From Nevskiaceae bacterium (GTDB lineage: Bacteria > Patescibacteriota > Microgenomatia > PFEM01), in assembly GCA_035527075.1 (NCBI GenBank), contig DATLBE010000039.1:1-51813 (forward strand): a DNA stretch of 51,813 bases, in the 5' to 3' direction. Shown one piece after another: positions 1-8,461 of this stretch. The notes beneath the pieces are model-generated. The model worked only from the letters and a program-made list of their open reading frames with translations, was not told where the DNA came from and did not search any database. The number at the start of each line of letters is the position of its first letter. The first letter of the stretch is position 1. Made by a program: the position numbers and the translations under genes.

Positions 1-82
1 AAACAATAAACAAGACTCCCAAAACCAAAGCGATTTTTTTGAATTTTTCGCTTTGAAAAAGTTTGACTAATTTAAGCTTCAT
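1..82 (-). CDS. hypothetical membrane/secreted protein, N-terminal fragment running off the window
   Basis: Hand translation from the ATG at 80-82 gives MKLKLVKLFQSEKFKKIALVLGVLFIV: a basic N-terminus followed by a hydrophobic helix. It is truncated by the window edge, so it is not in the ORF track. Confidence 0.35.
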   Translation of the reverse strand, partial: MKLKLVKLFQSEKFKKIALVLGVLFIV

Positions 83-89
83 ATCACAA

Positions 90-842
90 TCAAATTTCTA
101 CCCCTATTGGACAATGATCAGAGCCTTTTACTTCTGAGTAAATAAAAGCGTCTTTAAGTCTTGCCTTTAACTTTTTTGAAACAAAGCCGTAATCTATCCT
201 CCAGCCTAAATTCCTTTGTCTAGCATTGGCAATATAAGCCCACCAAGTATAATTTCCGCCCTTTTTATGAAATCTTCTAAAACTATCAATAAAACCTAAT
301 TTAATCAATCTATCAATTTGTTTTCTTTCTTTGGGAGTAAACATGATATTATTTTGATTTTGTTTTGACCTGGCCAAGTCAATTTCTTTGTGAGCAATAT
401 TAAAATCGCCAATGAGGATTACTTTCTTATTCTTAATTTTTTCAAGCCTTTGAAAAAGATGTCTATACGCCTCTAATTTGTAAGCCAATTTTTCCTTTCC
501 CCTACCACCATGAGGCATGTAAAGATTAAGCAAAATAAAATCAGGGTATTCCAACTCTAACAGCCTGCCTTCACTGTCAAATCTTTTCATCCCTAATTTT
601 CTTTTAACTACCAAAGGTTTTTTCTTAGAATAAACCGCCACCCCACTATAGCCTTTTTTCTGAGCTGAATTAAAGAAAGAATGATAGTTTTTAAGCTTAG
701 TTAAATCAGGAGTTAACTGCTTCCTTTGAGCTTTCGTCTCTTGCAGGCAAACTACATCACCCCTACTTTCCTCCAGCCATTCCAAAAAACCCTTTCTGTG
801 TACGGCTCTCAACCCATTAACATTCCAAGAAATAATTTTCAT
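90..842 (-). CDS. xth: exodeoxyribonuclease III (AP endonuclease, EEP fold)
   Basis: MKIISWNVNGLRA...VVCLQETK...GDFNIAH...GSDHCPI are hallmark Xth/ExoIII motifs. I placed the start at Met37 of the ORF (MKIISWN), the usual family N-terminus. Confidence 0.9.
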   Translation of the reverse strand: MKIISWNVNGLRAVHRKGFLEWLEESRGDVVCLQETKAQRKQLTPDLTKLKNYHSFFNSAQKKGYSGVAVYSKKKPLVVKRKLGMKRFDSEGRLLELEYPDFILLNLYMPHGGRGKEKLAYKLEAYRHLFQRLEKIKNKKVILIGDFNIAHKEIDLARSKQNQNNIMFTPKERKQIDRLIKLGFIDSFRRFHKKGGNYTWWAYIANARQRNLGWRIDYGFVSKKLKARLKDAFIYSEVKGSDHCPIGVEI

Positions 843-853
843 CTGACAAAAGC

Positions 854-1843
854 TTAAAGTCGAATAAGCTTTTCTAACCAAGGAATATGTTGATGCTTTC
901 TTTTCCACCAAATATCCTCCCACACATAATGAATGGCTAAATTTTTCCATTTACCCCATTTATCAAAACATTTAAGCATTTTCTCAACTGGTACTAATTC
1001 TTTCTCATAATCTTTATTAAAGAAAATTTTGGTATAGATTTTCTGTTCCCAGGGCGAGATATGTTTTAAGTAGTCCCAACGGTGAAAAGCGTCAACCATG
1101 ATATATCCAACTGAAGCTGGACCAATTCCATAAAGGGAGATCAACGCCTCCTCTTGCTCTGCTAACCTTTTATGCCTTAGTTTCAACCCGTCAATTTGCC
1201 CTTTAGCGAACGATTCAGAAACCTTAATTAAAAACCTCGCCCGATAGCCCATCTTCAAATCCCGCAATTTCTGTTCACTGGCGTTGGCCAATACTTTTGG
1301 CTCCCAGAAACACCAAAATTCTTGGTTATCGAATTTAAATAAACTGCCGAAATTTTCAAAAAGAGCTTGCATCATATAAACACTTCTTTTAACAGTCGCG
1401 TTTTGTAAAACAATGGCAATGATTAAATATTCATACAAAGAACCAGAATGCATTGGCCGCAATCCACGAAATTTTTTAATAATCGGCTTAAGAAGCGAAT
1501 CTTTGCCAACATCACGGTAAAAGCCGGAAAGATCAAGGTCAAGATTGTATCGCCAGATAATTTCCTGTTTTAGTGACTCAAGAAATTTTGAAGTTAGCTT
1601 TTTGACAGAAAAAACTTTAACTGATACCTTGGGTTTTTGTTTTTTACTTTTATCTTCAAAAAGCAAGCCTAACTTTTCACCTTCCCACAACATGCTTTGC
1701 CATCTTTTACCTGGCTCCCATTTTGTATCAGTCGTTGGAAAGTGACCTGGTTTATGAAAAGTGGAATCGAAATGAAAAGGAGAAGTAGGAGTCAATTTCA
1801 AAGAACTCACTCTTTTGAATTCTTCTCTTGTAACTTTTTGCAT
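854..1843 (-). CDS. HhH-GPD superfamily DNA glycosylase (AlkA/Ogg-like)
   Basis: Helix-hairpin-helix LYGIGPASVGYIMVDAF with the following Asp. It is adjacent to xth as a base-excision repair pair. The start is either the ATG at 1843 (MQKV) or the TTG at 1861. Confidence 0.7.
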   Translation of the reverse strand: MQKVTREEFKRVSSLKLTPTSPFHFDSTFHKPGHFPTTDTKWEPGKRWQSMLWEGEKLGLLFEDKSKKQKPKVSVKVFSVKKLTSKFLESLKQEIIWRYNLDLDLSGFYRDVGKDSLLKPIIKKFRGLRPMHSGSLYEYLIIAIVLQNATVKRSVYMMQALFENFGSLFKFDNQEFWCFWEPKVLANASEQKLRDLKMGYRARFLIKVSESFAKGQIDGLKLRHKRLAEQEEALISLYGIGPASVGYIMVDAFHRWDYLKHISPWEQKIYTKIFFNKDYEKELVPVEKMLKCFDKWGKWKNLAIHYVWEDIWWKRKHQHIPWLEKLIRL

Positions 1844-1844
1844 T

Positions 1845-2609
1845 TTAAATTTTCTCAGCAATAATAATTTTTCGTTTTGAAGTCTTAGGATAATAAGTTT
1901 TTTCTAAAGAATAATCACCGTAAACTTTTAATATTCTAAATCTCGGTCTCAAAAAATTTTTTATCTCTTCAAGTGACCACATTTTCAATTCCTCTCGCTC
2001 TCTAAAAATTACAGGCTTTTTTCCTTTTTCAATTAATTCAGTAACATAAGCATCTCTTCTTAATTTTGCTTCTTTATCATATTGTCTTTTGTAAGAGCTT
2101 TTAATTACTGCCTTTGGCAGTCTGATTATATTTTCACCTTCAATAAGAGGTTTATTTTTAGCTGGATTTTCATAATTTGAGGAATCCAAAACAAAAAGAT
2201 GCTCAGTTATACAATAAATATTCTTAATAAAGGTTTTAATTTTATCCTCCGATAAAATATACCCTATTGTTGTCCACATGCAAATTGAGGCATCAAAAAA
2301 ATTTTTGGGAAATTTGGGATTAGTAAAATCCATTTCTTTAAATTCAACTTTGGGACATTTATTACGGGCAATTTTCAGCATGTCTCCAGCCAGATCAATG
2401 CCGGTAACTTTATAGCCCACCTTGGCTAAAAAACAAGAATGCCGACCAGTGCCACAACCTAAATCCAAAATCTTCAATATTTTGCCACTTTTGTAACTTT
2501 GAAAAACATCATTCAAAAACCTACATTCTTTCTCAGTTGTCAACGGCGCCAGAAAATCATAATAAGGAGCCAATCGCGAATAAAGCGCTCGTTTATCAAG
2601 CCTAATCAT
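1845..2609 (-). CDS. class I SAM-dependent methyltransferase
   Basis: Motif I ILDLGCGTGRHS, followed by acidic GIDLAGDML and MDF motifs. Confidence 0.75.
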   Translation of the reverse strand: MIRLDKRALYSRLAPYYDFLAPLTTEKECRFLNDVFQSYKSGKILKILDLGCGTGRHSCFLAKVGYKVTGIDLAGDMLKIARNKCPKVEFKEMDFTNPKFPKNFFDASICMWTTIGYILSEDKIKTFIKNIYCITEHLFVLDSSNYENPAKNKPLIEGENIIRLPKAVIKSSYKRQYDKEAKLRRDAYVTELIEKGKKPVIFREREELKMWSLEEIKNFLRPRFRILKVYGDYSLEKTYYPKTSKRKIIIAEKI

Positions 2610-2642
2610 AGCCTAATTCTATCATAAAAGAGCGGTGAAGGA

Positions 2643-2762
2643 TTATCGCTTGGGAGACTGTTTTTTGCGTCGGGCTTTGCCGCCGAGGCCGGGTTTGCGG
2701 CGTTCGCGGGCGCGGGGGTCGCGGGTAAGAAGCTTGTATTTTTTTAAAGAGGAATAATACAG
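2643..2762 (-). pseudogene. duplicated 3' fragment of rpsI (last 39 codons plus stop), no 5' part
   Basis: Hand translation in the S9 frame gives LYYSSLKKYKLLTRDPRARERRKPGLGGKARRKKQSPKR*. The intact rpsI tail at 3771-3890 reads LYHAALKKHKLLTRDPRARERRKPGLGGKARRKKQSPKR*. The offset is exactly 1128 nt. Confidence 0.85.
2686..2726. repeat. 41-nt GC-rich identical core of the rpsI-tail duplication (copy 1)
   Basis: AGGCCGGGTTTGCGGCGTTCGCGGGCGCGGGGGTCGCGGGT is identical to 3814-3854. It is 33/41 G+C and contains TCGCGGG twice, 15 nt apart. Confidence 0.85.
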
Positions 2763-3745
2763 AGTATCTTGGGAAGATAGGGTAATTGGTCAAGGCTAAA
2801 AAGGGGCAATTGAATACCGATATCCTGATTAGTATCTCCCTCGGTAGCGCTAAATAATAAAACTTTTTTTTCTTTTTTTAATCCTTCCCATTTTTGCTTG
2901 TATTCTGGGGATAAATAATTTTTCATTTCACTTTCTATTTCAAATACTCTGCGAGGGGAAACAACTGTTTCTTCTGCTATTTTCAATATTTCATTTTCCA
3001 GACCACGATTAAAGTAAGGATAATAGTAAGGATAATCATCACTTTCGAAAGGCACAAACCATTCAGCCGTCGTCTTTATCCGCTCGTATTCTCCCCAATG
3101 CAGTTTCTCTTTATACCACTCCAGCTGAAAAATAATGGCCTCCCAAATTCCTAAATCTTCAACCAGGCGACGAGCCATACTCTCTATGGGAACGTCAAAT
3201 AAATTGGCTAATTTCATTAAGAAATGAGCTCCAAAATTTGGTTCACCTGGTTTGGGAAATTTACTCACTTCTCTTTCTAATAATTCCGATGGTATTAAAA
3301 GCTCGCGGGCAAAGTTATCGCAGAAACGCTCTACTATTATTTGTCTCAAATCTTTGGGGAGATTGGGCCTTAGAAAACCGATAGAGTCTACCCTGTAAAA
3401 AAATGTATGTCCAACCTCGTGAGCGATAGTAAAACGTCTTTCCGCTGAAGAAAGTCCTTCTCTTGATGAGATTATAAAGCCGGCTTTCACTTTTCTACCA
3501 GCTAGTATGTCAGCAGTCGGTATGAGCAACCCCATAGCTGACCCATCGTAGCCAATTTTTTTCACCAACCTTCTAGCTGCAATCGGTTCTGGCTCCACAG
3601 GGAAAACTCCCCACTGCTTTGTCTCCACTAGCAATTCTTTAGCTATTCTTTCTACGCCTTCAATTGGTGATTTTTCCGAAGAAGACCGAAATTCTTCTGG
3701 AAGATAATTAAAGACAGAAGCCAATTGTCTTTCTCGATTAATCAT
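2744..3745 (-). CDS. ImmA/IrrE-family (M78-like) zinc metallopeptidase domain protein with an uncharacterised C-terminal half
   Basis: RRFTIAHEVGHTFFY (HExxH) followed by CDNFARELLIPSELL, the typical ImmA/IrrE arrangement. No Xre-type partner is adjacent. Confidence 0.65.
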   Translation of the reverse strand: MINRERQLASVFNYLPEEFRSSSEKSPIEGVERIAKELLVETKQWGVFPVEPEPIAARRLVKKIGYDGSAMGLLIPTADILAGRKVKAGFIISSREGLSSAERRFTIAHEVGHTFFYRVDSIGFLRPNLPKDLRQIIVERFCDNFARELLIPSELLEREVSKFPKPGEPNFGAHFLMKLANLFDVPIESMARRLVEDLGIWEAIIFQLEWYKEKLHWGEYERIKTTAEWFVPFESDDYPYYYPYFNRGLENEILKIAEETVVSPRRVFEIESEMKNYLSPEYKQKWEGLKKEKKVLLFSATEGDTNQDIGIQLPLFSLDQLPYLPKILCIIPL

Positions 3746-3770
3746 ACTTTAAAGGGCTTGGGTGCAAAAA

Positions 3771-4193
3771 TTAACGTTTCGGGCTTTGCTTTTTTCTTCT
3801 GGCTTTACCACCAAGGCCGGGTTTGCGGCGTTCGCGGGCGCGGGGGTCGCGGGTTAAAAGTTTGTGTTTTTTTAAAGCGGCGTGATAAAGCTCTTTGTTT
3901 TCTTTATCCAAGGCCCGAGCGACTCCGTGAACAACAGCGTCTAATTGGCCTTGTCTGCCTGAGCCAACAACTTTAATGGTAGCGTAAAATTTGCTTAGGG
4001 AATCAGTGACCTGAAAAGGTTTTTGGTATTTGGCTTTGGCAACGTCACTCGGAAAATACTCTTCAATCGGTTGATTATTAACCAAAGTTTTGCCTTTACC
4101 CCGGAAAAGTCTAACTCTAGCAGAGGCTGTCTTTCTTCGACCAACCGCGTAAACGCAAGCTTTTTTTCGGGGCTTAGATTTAGTTTTTGGCAT
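3771..4193 (-). CDS. rpsI: 30S ribosomal protein S9
   Basis: Full-length S9 with the universal C-terminal ...ARRKKQSPKR. Confidence 0.97.
   Translation of the reverse strand: MPKTKSKPRKKACVYAVGRRKTASARVRLFRGKGKTLVNNQPIEEYFPSDVAKAKYQKPFQVTDSLSKFYATIKVVGSGRQGQLDAVVHGVARALDKENKELYHAALKKHKLLTRDPRARERRKPGLGGKARRKKQSPKR
3814..3854. repeat. 41-nt GC-rich identical core of the rpsI-tail duplication (copy 2, inside intact rpsI)
   Basis: Identical to 2686-2726. Confidence 0.85.
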
Positions 4194-4611
4194 CTTTCTT
4201 CCCTAGTTTATTTTTATAAGGGTGTTTTTCATCAACAAAAATTTTTAATCTGGCTAGCCTTGGACTCCTGAGTTTGTTTTTGGGCAACATGCCGGAAACA
4301 GCATGACGGATAATTTTTCTGGGGTCCAAAGCCTGCTGTTGAGCGAAAGTAATTTCTTTAAACCCACCAGGATAGCCTGAATGGCGATAATACATTTTTT
4401 GGGCTCTTTTTTTGCCAGTCACTTTGACTTTGGCGACGTTAGTCACCACCACATAATCACCACAATCAAGATGGGAAGTATAATAGGGCTTGCTTTTGCC
4501 CATCAAAAGTAAAGCAATCCGGGAAGACAGACGCCCCAAAATTTTATCTTGGGCGTTAATAAGATGCCAACTTTTTTTGATTTCACTTTTTTTGGTTGCT
4601 TTTGTTTTCAT
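4180..4611 (-). CDS. rplM: 50S ribosomal protein L13
   Basis: MKTKATKKSEIKKSWHLINA aligns with the canonical L13 N-terminus ([20 protein letters not shown]), so the start is at Met13 of the ORF. It overlaps the rplQ end by about 29 nt. Confidence 0.93.
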   Translation of the reverse strand: MKTKATKKSEIKKSWHLINAQDKILGRLSSRIALLLMGKSKPYYTSHLDCGDYVVVTNVAKVKVTGKKRAQKMYYRHSGYPGGFKEITFAQQQALDPRKIIRHAVSGMLPKNKLRSPRLARLKIFVDEKHPYKNKLGKKDAKN

Positions 4612-4993
4612 CTTTGTCTTTTTTGCCCACCTCTTTTGGTTTCTCAACCAATTCGAGTCTCACCATCATCGCGTCATCACCTCGTCTTTTACCCAGACGG
4701 ATGATTCTGGTAAACCCACCTGGCCTTTTTTTAAAAAGAGGCGCCAACTCATCCGCAATCTTGCTAACCGCTTTCTTATTCTGTAAAAAGGCGGCGATTA
4801 GTCTTCTTGAATGAAGCGTACTAGTTTTTCCTTTAGTAATTAACTTATCCACCAAGCCGCGAATAGCTTTTGCCTTACTCTCAGTAGTTTTTATCTGGCC
4901 ATGAATCACCAAACTATTAATCAAGTTTTTAAACAGAGCCTTACGCTGAGCTCTACCCCGAGAAAGTTTTTTGCCTGAAACCCGATGCTTCAT
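4583..4993 (-). CDS. rplQ: 50S ribosomal protein L17
   Basis: L17 family sequence with a Lys-rich C-terminal tail, located after rpoA. Confidence 0.95.
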   Translation of the reverse strand: MKHRVSGKKLSRGRAQRKALFKNLINSLVIHGQIKTTESKAKAIRGLVDKLITKGKTSTLHSRRLIAAFLQNKKAVSKIADELAPLFKKRPGGFTRIIRLGKRRGDDAMMVRLELVEKPKEVGKKDKDENKSNQKK

Positions 4994-4995
4994 TT

Positions 4996-5916
4996 TTAAC
5001 CCTTCTCTTGCAACTCGATGCCTTTTTTAGCCAAGACAACCCCAATAATTTTAATTGATTTTTCACCTAAATTTTTAACTTTGGCCAAATCAGCCGGGTG
5101 AGCCGCACTCAAATCACTGACCGTCCCATAACCTCCCTTACGAAGGGCATTAACGATTCTTGTCGGCAACTCAATTTCCTCAACCGTTAGTTTCATTGCT
5201 TCGCTAGAAATAGTTTTCACCTTTTCCTTTTTTACCTTCAGCTTTTTGGGCTCAACTATTTGATTAAAAAAGGCCACTAAAGTTTTAGCTGCTTTTTTCA
5301 AAGCTTGACTGGGTTTAATCGTACCGTCAGTGGTAATTTCCAAAATCAGTCGGTCTAAATTAGCCCTTCCACCCACCCGGGTGGCTTCGACGCGATAATT
5401 AACCCTTTTTATTGGGCCAAAAGCCGCATCAACCAAAATGACGCCAATTTTTTCTGTCTTTCTTTCTTCAGCCGGCAGATAGCCAACCCCAGTTTCAACC
5501 TGGAATTCTACTTTTAATTTAGCTTTTCTGTCAGCTAAATTAGCCAAAACTTGATCTTTATTGACAATTTCTACCTGAGCTGGAGTTTTAATATCACCAG
5601 CTTTAACTTCACCCGGGCCGCTCTTTTCTAATCTTAATCTAATCGCTTTTTCCCCTTCATATCTAACTCTAATTTGCTTAATGTTTAAGATGAGTTCAAT
5701 AATATCCTCTTTTAACCCCGCCAGAGTAGAAAATTTATGTCTCACGCCACTAACCTTAACCTGGGTGATGGCGGCACCTGGCAAACTGGTCAAAAGAACA
5801 CGGCGAAGAGCATTACCTAAAGTATCACCATAACCCTGCTCTAAAGGCTCAATGATAAATTGGCCGAAATCATTGGTTTCTTTCTCTTTTTTAACTTGAA
5901 AACTGGGAACAATCAT
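4996..5916 (-). CDS. rpoA: DNA-directed RNA polymerase subunit alpha
   Basis: N-terminal domain ...GYGDTLGNALRRVLLTSLPG plus a C-terminal HhH domain. Conserved position between rpsD and rplQ. Confidence 0.96.
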   Translation of the reverse strand: MIVPSFQVKKEKETNDFGQFIIEPLEQGYGDTLGNALRRVLLTSLPGAAITQVKVSGVRHKFSTLAGLKEDIIELILNIKQIRVRYEGEKAIRLRLEKSGPGEVKAGDIKTPAQVEIVNKDQVLANLADRKAKLKVEFQVETGVGYLPAEERKTEKIGVILVDAAFGPIKRVNYRVEATRVGGRANLDRLILEITTDGTIKPSQALKKAAKTLVAFFNQIVEPKKLKVKKEKVKTISSEAMKLTVEEIELPTRIVNALRKGGYGTVSDLSAAHPADLAKVKNLGEKSIKIIGVVLAKKGIELQEKG

Positions 5917-5933
5917 GTTACCTCCTTTTTTCG

Positions 5934-6560
5934 CTACCGCGAATAGTATTCAACAATTAAGCTTTCGTCAATGTCAGTTTCAATTTCTTCTCTTTCTGGT
6001 AGACGAATCATTTTACCGACCGCCGCCTTACGTGTCAACCAGTCAGGAATTTTTCTTTCTTTTTCAGCCAAAGATTTTTTAACATAATCCAAATTTAAAC
6101 CCCCGCTTGTTAAACTAATCGTTTGGCCTGGGTTGAGCTGTTGGGAAGCAATATTCACTTTTTTGTTGCCATCAACTAAAACAAAGCCGTGGCTGACTAA
6201 TTGTCTAGCCGTTGACCGAGATGGAACAAAACCCAACCGAAAAACAACATTATCGATTCTGGACTCTAAAACCTGGAGCAAAACTTTACCTGTTCCCTCC
6301 TTAGTTTTAGAAGCTTTTTTAAAATAGCTTCTAAACTGTCTTTCTAACACTCCATAAAGTCTTTTTACCTTCTGTTTTTCGCGGAGTTGGTGGCCGTAAT
6401 CACTCATTCTCCTTCGGCGCTTTTGCCCATGCTGACCAGGGGGAACAGCGCCTTTTCTTTCTATCGGGCATTTAGGCGAATAGCAACGTTCACCTTTTAA
6501 GAAAAGCTTAATTCCTTCTCGACGACACAAACGACATTTAGCCTCTTTGTATCTGGCCAT
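5934..6560 (-). CDS. rpsD: 30S ribosomal protein S4 (Zn-ribbon type)
   Basis: MARYKEAKCRLCRREG...CYSPKC. The start is at Met22 of the ORF, 1 nt after the rpsK stop. Confidence 0.95.
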   Translation of the reverse strand: MARYKEAKCRLCRREGIKLFLKGERCYSPKCPIERKGAVPPGQHGQKRRRRMSDYGHQLREKQKVKRLYGVLERQFRSYFKKASKTKEGTGKVLLQVLESRIDNVVFRLGFVPSRSTARQLVSHGFVLVDGNKKVNIASQQLNPGQTISLTSGGLNLDYVKKSLAEKERKIPDWLTRKAAVGKMIRLPEREEIETDIDESLIVEYYSR

Positions 6561-6561
6561 T

Positions 6562-6948
6562 TCAACCTCTCTTTCTCTTTCTTGGCCTTGGTCCATTATG
6601 AGGCACAGGGGTGATATCGGCAATTAAACTCATTCTCAATCCTGCTGCCCTCATCGCTCGTAAAGCAGCATCTCTGCCTGGGCCGGGTCCTTTAATATAA
6701 ACTTCAACCTCTCTAACCCCCAAAGCCTGGGCTTTTTTAGTGACCGCCTCAACAGCGGTGGTTGAAGCGTAAGGCGTCGACTTACGAGCACCCTTAAAAC
6801 CAACCGTACCCGTTGACCCCCAACAAAGGGTATTTCCCTGAGCATCAGTAAAGGTAATCAAGGTATTGTTGAAAGTAGCGGTAATATAAACTCTGGCTTT
6901 ATTTTCATTCATTGGATTTTGTTTCTTTTTCTTTCTGACCGTCTCCAA
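6562..6948 (-). CDS. rpsK: 30S ribosomal protein S11
   Basis: ...[14 protein letters not shown]...[12 protein letters not shown]. The first codon is TTG at 6948; an ATG at 6912 is the alternative start. Confidence 0.93.
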   Translation of the reverse strand: METVRKKKKQNPMNENKARVYITATFNNTLITFTDAQGNTLCWGSTGTVGFKGARKSTPYASTTAVEAVTKKAQALGVREVEVYIKGPGPGRDAALRAMRAAGLRMSLIADITPVPHNGPRPRKRKRG

Positions 6949-7327
6949 ATTTGGTTAAATCTTTTTTCTTCAAAGCACCAACAGTCACTCTTTTACCTCG
7001 TTTGGTGCGAGCATTAGAACGAGTTCGTTGACCTCTAACAGGTAAATTTTGAGCGTGTCTTATCCCTTGGTAACAACCAATCGTCTTCATCCTTCTGATA
7101 TCCTCATTTATTTTTTGCCGCAAAGAGCCTTCGGTAGCCACCCGCTCCATTGCTTCCTGGAGTCGGTTTATTTCCTCACTGGTTAAGTCTTTAACTCTCT
7201 TGGCTGCATCTACTCTGGCCTTTTTTAAAACACCCACAACATTACTTCGACCAATACCATAGATGGTGGTCAAACCAATATCGACTCTTTTTTCTGTTGG
7301 TAAATCAACACCGACAATTCTGGCCAT
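6905..7327 (-). CDS. rpsM: 30S ribosomal protein S13
   Basis: [10 protein letters not shown]..., with the ATG at 7325-7327. Confidence 0.96.
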   Translation of the reverse strand: MARIVGVDLPTEKRVDIGLTTIYGIGRSNVVGVLKKARVDAAKRVKDLTSEEINRLQEAMERVATEGSLRQKINEDIRRMKTIGCYQGIRHAQNLPVRGQRTRSNARTKRGKRVTVGALKKKDLTKFGDGQKEKETKSNE

Positions 7328-7338
7328 CACTACCCCTT

Positions 7339-7452
7339 TTACCCTTGTCTCTGTTTATGTTTAGGGTTTTCACAAATAACATAAATTCTGCCTTTTCGGC
7401 GAACAATTTTACATTTTTTACATCGTTTTTTGACACTTGCTTGGACAATCAT
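7339..7452 (-). CDS. rpmJ: 50S ribosomal protein L36
   Basis: Not in the ORF track because it is under 60 aa. Hand translation gives [37 protein letters not shown]. Its ATG overlaps the infA TGA stop (ATGA). Confidence 0.93.
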   Translation of the reverse strand: MIVQASVKKRCKKCKIVRRKGRIYVICENPKHKQRQG

Positions 7453-7670
7453 TTGTATCGGTAAACTATCCTCCCTCTTGTTTCATCATACGGCGTCATC
7501 TCCACCTCAACTTTATCTGCAGGCATAACTCTAATACGATGCATCCTCATTTTACCCGAAAGATGGCACAAAACTACCCTACTATCTTTTAATTTTACCC
7601 GAAACATCGTGTTAGGCAAAGCCTCGGTGACAACACCTTCAACCTCAATATTTTTTTGTTTTTTAACCAT
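7449..7670 (-). CDS. infA: translation initiation factor IF-1
   Basis: 73-aa S1-like OB fold with ...MFRVKL......CHLSGKMR...I....D.V.VE..PYD..RGRI.YR. Confidence 0.96.
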   Translation of the reverse strand: MVKKQKNIEVEGVVTEALPNTMFRVKLKDSRVVLCHLSGKMRMHRIRVMPADKVEVEMTPYDETRGRIVYRYK

Positions 7671-7675
7671 TCAGA

Positions 7676-8461
7676 CTATCTATCTATTTTACCAAACTCA
7701 CCACCTTTAGTCCAGCCTGAAAAAGTGAGAACTAAGGGCTTTTTTTTAGTGACAATCACCGTATCCTCAAAAAGACCAGCTAGGCTACCGTCAGCGGTTT
7801 CAATTGTCCAGTTATCCTCACCTAAAACCAAACGGGGACTGCCCTGAGTATAAATAACCTCAATCGCCAGGCTCATGCCTGGCTTAATTAAAGGTGTTTT
7901 TTTAATTTCCGTCTTAAGAAAGCAGGGAATCTGTGGTTCTTCGTGAAGTTTTTTCCCTACCCCATGCCCGGTTAAAGCTCTGACGGGGCTAAATCCAGCT
8001 TTCTTTATCTGGCTCTCAATCATCTGGGAAATATGACCAATTCTTTTTCCAACTCGGGCGACTTTAATCGCTTTACCCAAAACACTCTTGCCTGTCTCAA
8101 GAAATTCATTCACCTCCGAGGAGCCCATCCGAATACTCCTCGCCATATCCGTATGCAATCCTTTGTAAAACATTCCCATATCGAGACTAACGACATCGCC
8201 ATTTTTCAATTGGTATTCTCCGGGAATACCATGAACCACCCCTTGATTGACATTAATACAGGTTGCCCAATGGTAATCCTTAACCATCTTAAAAGAAGGT
8301 TTTCCTTTTTGTTTTTTAATGAGCGTCTCGGCTAATTGGTCAAGCTCACTTAATTTAATACCTGGCTTAACTTTGGCTAAAACCTGACCAAAAACCCATC
8401 CCAGTCTTTTGCCTCCCTCCTTCATAATCTCAATCTGTCCACTTGTTCTAATCGGAATCAT
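7676..8461 (-). CDS. map: type I methionine aminopeptidase
   Basis: Pita-bread fold motifs (...VVHGIPG..., DMG, HGVG..LHEEP) in the conserved position after adk. Confidence 0.93.
   Translation of the reverse strand: MIPIRTSGQIEIMKEGGKRLGWVFGQVLAKVKPGIKLSELDQLAETLIKKQKGKPSFKMVKDYHWATCINVNQGVVHGIPGEYQLKNGDVVSLDMGMFYKGLHTDMARSIRMGSSEVNEFLETGKSVLGKAIKVARVGKRIGHISQMIESQIKKAGFSPVRALTGHGVGKKLHEEPQIPCFLKTEIKKTPLIKPGMSLAIEVIYTQGSPRLVLGEDNWTIETADGSLAGLFEDTVIVTKKKPLVLTFSGWTKGGEFGKIDR

Larger units (their letters stand above)
2643..3770 (-). mobile_element. putative integrated cassette or decayed integrative element in the rpsI 3' end (cargo: ImmA-like gene), with no recombinase
   Basis: The single gene is bracketed by direct copies of the rpsI tail. 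The tails have diverged mostly at synonymous sites. Confidence 0.4.

Noticed and set aside
838-962. Apparent +1/-1 frame discrepancy when I hand-translated across the line breaks near 840 and 960 (xth start region and glycosylase C-terminus)
   Set aside because: The ORF track gives uninterrupted, family-consistent proteins through both points, and my coordinates agree with the track everywhere else. I attribute this to my own reading of the line breaks, not to real frameshifts.
2602-2793. 63-aa Pro/Arg-rich ORF (…YPRPPRPRTPQTRPRRQSP…) on the minus strand
   Set aside because: It is an alternative reading frame of the duplicated GC-rich rpsI tail. The S9 frame of the same DNA is the conserved one. 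It has no independent support as a gene.
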